From Lama glama (Eukaryota), in contig CM052849.1 of NCBI GenBank assembly GCA_028534125.1, positions 310,001 to 374,000 on the forward strand: a stretch of DNA of 64,000 nt. Direction: 5' to 3'. Below the pieces are notes generated by a model, which had not been told where the DNA came from, ran no database searches, and worked only from the letters and a program-made list of their open reading frames with translations. This document shows positions 57,650-64,000 of this stretch, in pieces; position 1 is the stretch's first letter; every line of letters starts with the position of its first letter. A program made the position numbers and the translations under genes.

Positions 57650-58282
57650 CTAACTGCAAAGGGAAGGTGGTTAACTCTGCAGGAAATAACCCGAGGGTAA
57701 CCTTAACCAAGTGACCAAGATCACCAGCAAAGGCGCACATATCCAAGCATCAGCTCGTACACTTAAAAGACGAATACCGCATTGTGTGTCAGTGATACCT
57801 CCAAAAAAATTAAGGAAAAAGGCGCCAGTAAAGGGACATTTCGAGGACCCTGAGGAGGACATTATCACTTGTGGGGACTAAAGCCCAAAAGGCAAAGTGT
57901 GAATCTAATCATGAAGGAAGACCAGGCACACCCACGTGAAAGCCTTTCTACCCACAAAAGTGTCAAGATCATTCAAGTCAAAGACAAAACGAGGAGCCCT
58001 CTTGGACGGAAGGGGACACAACCAAGTGCCACCTGGCATCCAGACCCCAGACTGGGTTTGAGCTCAGACAAGGATGTTAGCGGGATAGTTGATGAAATTC
58101 AGAAAAGATGTGAAGGTTAGTTACTAGTATTGAGTCAGTGCTAATTTACTGATTGTAATCATTTTACTGTGGTTAGGTAAGGTTTTAAGGTTGGGAGGAA
58201 CTGGGTGAAGGATATTTGATTCTTTGTTCCATTTTTCCAAGTTTGTAGCAAGTTGAAATCATTTCCCAATGAAAAGGTTAAA
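57650..58282 (+). mobile_element. Old L1 3' UTR fragment (L1MC/L1ME-like)
   Basis: Motifs cttaaccaagtgaccaag, gaatctaatcatgaaggaa, aaaagtgtcaagatcat, tcattttactgtggtta, agttgaaatcatttcccaatgaaaaggttaaa. Confidence 0.65.
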
Positions 58283-59149
58283 GAAAGGCGGGGGAGGGGA
58301 TGCTGCCTGTGGTGGAGGTATACCAAGGTGGAGGTATACCCAAGCCCTTCCCTCCCTGCCTGCCCTCTGCTTGCCAGGCTGCACCAGGAGTCAGCCCCAG
58401 GCACCCCACAGTGGTCATCGAGTCCTGTGAGGGTCCAGCTTCTAGACCCCACCAGCTGCTGGCCTTGCCCAATGCATGGAAACCCTGACACAAGACACTA
58501 CAACCAGCTTCCACTTGGCTTGGCACCAACTGGGTGACGGACAAGGACTGTACCACGGGACCTCCCCACCGTCCTCACCTGGCTCCAGCCTCAGAGTTAC
58601 AAAGATTGACACCTGGAAGCTGGAACTCCAGCCCAGGCTGGGGTAGGACCCCTCTAGATTGCTATGTTTCCACCTCAGCCTGGCTCACCCGTGAGCTAGG
58701 TCTCTGCTGAAGCCTGGATGATGCCACCTGCTAGCAGCTGAGACCAGAGCCGGGTGTTGGCAGGGTCTCTGCAGACAGGCCCGAAGCTGAGGCCAGGCTG
58801 TATTCCTGGGCTGGTTGCGTGTACTCACAGACTTGGGTCTGTGTCAGCCAGCCCCACACCTTCAGCTTCCTTGCAGCCATCGTGGAGCCAGAGAGCAAAA
58901 GCAGCTCATCTGGGAAGGGGCAGAGTCCCCATCTGCCCAGAAGAGACCCACATTAGGGAGTCAGGGATCGGATGCACCTGGTGACAAGCAGAGACCTTCC
59001 TGTGTGGCATGTCAAAGGCACTTTCAGAAATACCAGCTTCCCTGGGTCCCCAAACCTGCTAACAGCACAGGCCTCACTTCCAGGCATTGGCCTAAGTAAA
59101 TGGGGCTTCGGAAGGACCAGCACTGCCTTCCTTGGTCCAAACATCTACC

Positions 59150-59520
59150 TGGCCTAGGCATCAGCACAAGTCAGTAGGCAAGAGAGGAAAGGTCCTGACT
59201 TCCTGGAGCTCTTGTTTTAACAGGGGGACACACAAGAAGTAGTCAAAATGCACAGCTTATCAGTGCTCACTGCTACAGGGCAGAGCAGAGCAGGGACCAA
59301 GGCAGGGAAGACTGCACCTCCAGGTAGGATGGCTCCCCCAGGACTTTAGCAAAGACCTGCAGGTTGTGAGAGGGAGTGAGTACAATTTGGGTGTCTGGGG
59401 GAGGAGCCCTTCAGGCAGAGGGGACAGCACGTGCAAAAGCCCTGGGGCAGCAGCTGGTCAGAAAACATGGCCATGAGCAGGGGCAAGTGAGGTGAAGGTG
59501 GGACGGGGTCCAGGCAGCAG
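59150..59520 (-). mobile_element. LINE-2 fragment
   Basis: cctgacttcctggagctc...caggcagaggggacagcacgtgcaaaagccctgggg resembles the L2 3' region. Confidence 0.6.
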
Positions 59521-59681
59521 GGTGAACCCAGCGTGGGAGGACTCCGAGGTCTGTCTTGTCCTCATCCTGTTCCCTCCTGGCTTCAGGGCTCTGCCTCCCT
59601 GCCTGCCTGGGGACTGAGGTACACTGAGGTGTCTTCCTCAGCCTGAGTTTCCTAGTGTGTACAGAGGCCACAATTTTTTTT

Positions 59682-60055
59682 TTATTTGGCTCGGGCTGCC
59701 CTAACAAAGTACCACAACTGAGGGGCTTAAATAAGGGAATTTATTCTCACAGTCTGGAGGCTGGACATCTGAGGTCAGGGTAACACAGGGTCCTGGAAGG
59801 ATGTTCCCTGGGTTCTCTGCCAGCCAGGTGGTTCCCCAGCTCCAGTCTTCACGAAGTCCGCCTGCATGTCTGTCTGTCCCTGTGTCCAAATTTTCTTCTT
59901 TACAAGGACACCAGTCATATTGGATTAGGACCCACTGTAACGATCCTATTTTATCCTGATTACCTATGGAGAGACCCTAATGAGGTCACATTTTGAAGTA
60001 CTGGGGGCTGGGATCAACGTATCTTTTGGAGAGGGGCACAACTCAACCCACAGCA
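59682..60055 (-). mobile_element. MaLR solo LTR (MLT1 family)
   Basis: gggctgccctaacaaagtaccacaactg...atttattctcacagtctggaggctgg...aaggacaccagtcatattggattagg...ggggcacaactcaacccacagca. Confidence 0.85.
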
Positions 60056-60955
60056 ACAGAACTACATCCTGGGCTGCCCCTTCTTCGTGGGATCCAACCT
60101 GGGGGATGGGCGGGGGCAGAGAGGCCCATGACAAGTATGGAGAAGCTCTCCCTGGGCAGGCCGGGCCCTGGGGCAGAGGCAAACATCTGGAAGGCTCTTC
60201 AGGTGCACCCATCCCAGGGGTGCCCCCCAAGGGCAGACATGCCTGGCCAGGGTGGTTGCTGGTGTGGGGACCTGGTCTGTGACAGGAGTGGCCTGCTGAG
60301 GCGGATAATGGGCGTTGGCGGTGCTGGAGCTGGAAGCCTGGCTTGTCGTGGCTCAGCTGGACCTGTGGGGGCCCAGGGGCCTCGGCTGAAGCACACCAAG
60401 AGCCCCCGTGAAGCCTGGCTGTGCACAAGCACTTTTCTTCTGAGTTCAAAGTAGCCCAAGGAGGGCGTTGGATGGGCAGAGGGGAGAGACGCAGGAACCC
60501 TAAATGCTCCACCCCAGCTGGGAACAGGAATGCCAGAGCGTCTGCCCCAAACCAGGGGGCAAGTGGTTTGCCCTCTTACCTTGAATTCCAGCCCTTCCTG
60601 CCATCCCCTGGCCTCGGGGCTCCACCCTGAGTGCAGGCTTGACCACACTGCTCCCTCGGGGGCCCCGGTTTCCACCTGTCCTTCCACCAGATGAAGTCCT
60701 GGCTCCTTGGCCCAGCTCAGGAGGTAACCACCACCTACCATGTCCCGTGCACCCTAGTCTCTGCCCAGAGACAGAAGAGGGACAGGCTGACAGACCCTCG
60801 GGCTTCCATCGTGGTACACAGGAGCCGTGAGCAAAATGAGGAGTGGAAAGAGCCTTGCACCAGGGTCTGTGCCCTGGGAGTTCCCACAGGCCAGGAGAGC
60901 AGCCCCTGAGCCCTTGCACAGCAGCCTGATCGTCCTGTCACCGTGGCCTCAGAGC

Positions 60956-60961
60956 TTTATT
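60956..60961 (-). terminator. TANGO2 poly(A) signal AATAAA
   Basis: Plus-strand tttatt about 700 nt downstream of the stop. Confidence 0.7.
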
Positions 60962-61655
60962 ATCGGTGCCTCACACTCATGCACAGATTGCGATGACGCT
61001 TGAGTCCCCAGAAGGAAACAGCTGGGGCAGCTGTGTCCCCTCACTGAGGTGGCCTGCCCAGAACCAGCAAGCCTGACAGGCAAGCAAACTATCCCAACAC
61101 GCACAGGACCCCCAGCACACGCAGAGCCTCTGGACACACCAACCGAGCTGTGCTTCTGCTGTGGAGAATGTTTTCCTTCTTCCTCATTCCAGATGTGGCC
61201 TGTCTCCTCTCCAGGAGCAGGTCTGGCTGTCAGGAACTGGGCTACGCCCCAGAGACGAGACGCCACTTTGAAACAGAAGTCCACCCTTACTGTTTTGATC
61301 ATAGCAAGACTTACTGGCCAGAAGCACATGTGGGTGAGCACACACCTCTGCGTTGTGGCCCAAGTGGGTGTGTACATCCAGGAGTGTGTGCGTGTGTCCC
61401 CATGTACCTGTAGGTGTGCCTGTGCATGCACCTCTGTGTACAGGCCAGGGTGAAGCACAGCACACCTGGGCCTGCCCCAGACCTGCCCATGGGACTCTCA
61501 CCACCATGGGCAGAAGGGTAGACCAGAGCTAGACACGGGGACAGAGACACTTCACATCAGTCGGAGGGCGCTGGCCCTTGGAGGAAGCTGGCTGAGTCGC
61601 AGGCAGTACACATGGCAGGGCCTTCCAGTAGTCCCTGGCCACACCTGGGGGCAGC

Positions 61656-63650
61656 TTAGCTCTTCAGCCTGAACTCATGGGTGCTGGTCTCCCAGCGGGA
61701 GGGGTCCGTGCCCAGCATGCTGCGCTCTGTGAAAGTCACGTGCCCATCAGCATCCACGAGGATGACGGTGTTGGTTCTGGAAGAGAGCATGGCCTACATT
61801 CAGCCCATGGCGCTCAGCATGGCGCTCAGCACACCGCTCAGAGCCCCAGATGGAGTCAAATCCCAGGCAGAAGGGGCAAACCCACCACCCCTGGGGTCTT
61901 GCTCGGCATTGGCCTAGCTTACGGTGGGTCACAAGTGAGCAGTGGCCTCAGCTTCGGGGACTGGATGGGCCCCTCTTGGGTGTCTGGGCCCTGAGCCTGT
62001 GGGGCATGGAGCTCCCTGGCTGGCCCTGAAAGCCATCAGGAAAGGCCACACACATCACGCTGGCCCTGCCTGCCATCCCCCACCCCCTCCCACACACAGA
62101 GGACGTGAAGCTCTCATTTCCTGGAGGATGGAGGGCTACCCACGCCCACCCCCTGCCCTCGCCCTCGCCCTTAGCCAGGTCGCCTGGAGGGAAAGCCCAA
62201 TCACTGCCACCCACAGGAACAGAAGGGCTGCGCCCGCTGACACTCAGCCCACTGAACCCAGAGACCAGGCACAGCTATGACATCGCCCTGGCATCGGCCG
62301 GCACTTGTCACAGCCGAGGACCCCGACTGAGTCCTCGGCAATGTTGGCACCGAGGGCCAGGCTGAATGTCACAGTTGCTGCAGGTCCCCAGCCCAGCACA
62401 AGGCTGGCACCCAGGAGCCTGGGACAGCCAAGCCCAAGCAGACGTGGCCATGCAAGGAGGCCACCATCTCTTCCAGGCCAGGTAGCCGGACCACTCCCCC
62501 TCTGTGCATCCCAGCCACCTCAGAACAGCACTGGGCTGCCCTCGGAGGAGCCACGCACAGCACTCCTCGACCGCCAGGGAGGGAGAGGCAGGTGGGACCT
62601 TGCCGGGACAGCAGACACCCCCGCTGTGTAGATGACGACCTCTCCCTCCCAGCTTCCTCATCCTGCAGGGGAGACCAGTGCCGCCCCTCTCCTGGGGTGA
62701 GGTAACGTCCCCAGGCTGAGATCCTGGTCACACAGGCCCCCCTGCAGTCACAGTCATGTAGGGCAAGAGGGGAAGATCCGGCAGTGGGATCCCTGGGCCA
62801 CAGGGATTTGCTGACACCAGCATGCCAATGCCGTCCTGGCCTCTTGGGCTCTGTAGGGGCTGGGGGAGGGCCAGGAGCCTTCTGCCCAACCTCCAGCGCC
62901 CTAGGAGCCGGTGTGCATTCTGCACGTGACCATTAACTATGGGTCTGCTCGTCCCACGGCCCCAGGGCTGAAATGGCAGCTGCTTGTAGACAGGGGAGGC
63001 TGCAGGGGAGCTGGGGAAGGTGGTTCTTCAGGGGATGGTCGAGATGCCCTGGGCCCACCTATCACACCTGGTGCCGTAGTCCAGGCCACGCACGCACACA
63101 GCCGCGTACTTGCTGAGGATGGGCTGCACGTACTCCCTGCCCTGATCCTCGATGGCCGGGTCCGGCAGCTGCCTGGAAGGGCATCGGAGGGGTCGCCGCT
63201 GGCCGCCCCCACCTACCCGCCATTGCCCATCAGCCCCATGGCGCCCTGGAAGGTGGCTGGGGGAACACAGGTGCTCCGTGCACTTTCCAGGCAAGGCCTA
63301 GGGCCTCCATCCAGCCCTCTACTTAGGACCCCATTGCTGGGCCGAGGACACAGGACAGCGATCGCCAAACCAGTCCCTGTGCCAGGGCCACCAGGAACTT
63401 CCCCAGGACCTGGGAACACGAGCACCTGTGGGCTCCGAGCTGGGGAAGGACAGAGTCAGCTCTCAGAGCCAGCTGGTGGGGGGCACACCCACTCACGCCT
63501 CCTCATTGTTGAGCACATCCAGGAGCTGGGCCACGAGGGCTTCCTTAGGCAGCGCCTGGCTCCGCTCCACAGCCTCCAGGAAGAGCCGCTTCCCAAAACA
63601 CAGCTTCCTCCAGGGCGTCTCCAGCAGCGCATTGCTCAGCCCGTAGGTCC
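61656..63650 (-). CDS. TANGO2: Transport and Golgi organization 2 homolog, last three coding exons (5' part beyond the window)
   Basis: Exons 63497-63650 ([20 protein letters not shown]...VLNNEE), 63068-63172 ([35 protein letters not shown]), 61656-61776 ([21 protein letters not shown]...HEFRLKS*). NRDE/TANGO2 family motifs and synteny. Confidence 0.95.
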
Positions 63651-64000
63651 CTGTGAGGAGGGGTCAGCTCGGCCAGTGCACAGGCCCCGCAACGCTGGCT
63701 GAGGGGCACTGAGGCCAGGCGGCCCCACCCTCTGGCACCTTCTCTACAAGCATCCTGAGAACTCATGGTGCCCAACGTCTATAGGAGACGCCATGGGGCC
63801 TCAAGGGAGAGGTGATGGGAATAAAGAACCCGAAATCTGGCCGGGTGAAGGAAGGGGCACCCAAGAAGGATACCCCTCCCCACTCCATCTCTCAGCAAGG
63901 AAAGCTGCCAGGTGTGGGTCCACCTGAGAAGGTCGAGGTTGGAAGCATCAGCAGCCTGAGGCCAAAAGGGCGCCTGCCCACATCAGCTGGCTGTCAGGGA

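Noticed and set aside
61806-61842. 12-bp tandem duplication CATGGCGCTCAG near the last TANGO2 acceptor
   Set aside because: Only two exact copies; an ordinary slippage event.

Overview
GC-rich mammalian genomic DNA, apparently neither primate nor rodent (no Alu or B1/B2 seen), syntenic with the human 22q11.2 DiGeorge interval. Left to right: about 6.5 kb with no gene I can identify; CCDC188 (+, 9 coding exons, 407 aa); ZDHHC8 (-, 11 exons, 765 aa, with a U12 intron and an alternative last exon); RANBP1 (-, 206 aa, hosting SNORA77B); the shared CpG-island promoter; TRMT2A (+, 12 exons, 621 aa); DGCR8 (-, 773 aa, with the mir-3618 and mir-1306 hairpins and a 428-N gap in exon 2); and the last three exons of TANGO2 (-). 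Old L1M, L2, MIR and MLT1 fragments are present. Exon boundaries were read by hand from splice motifs and frame continuity. Comparisons with human are from memory and need alignment. No clearly new system is evident. The best leads are a tRNA T-loop/B-box motif in the 5' UTR of the U54 methyltransferase TRMT2A, an open antisense RANBP1 exon inside TRMT2A exon 2, an RFX X-box cluster upstream of CCDC188, and a duplicated two-motif module at the ZDHHC8 promoter.
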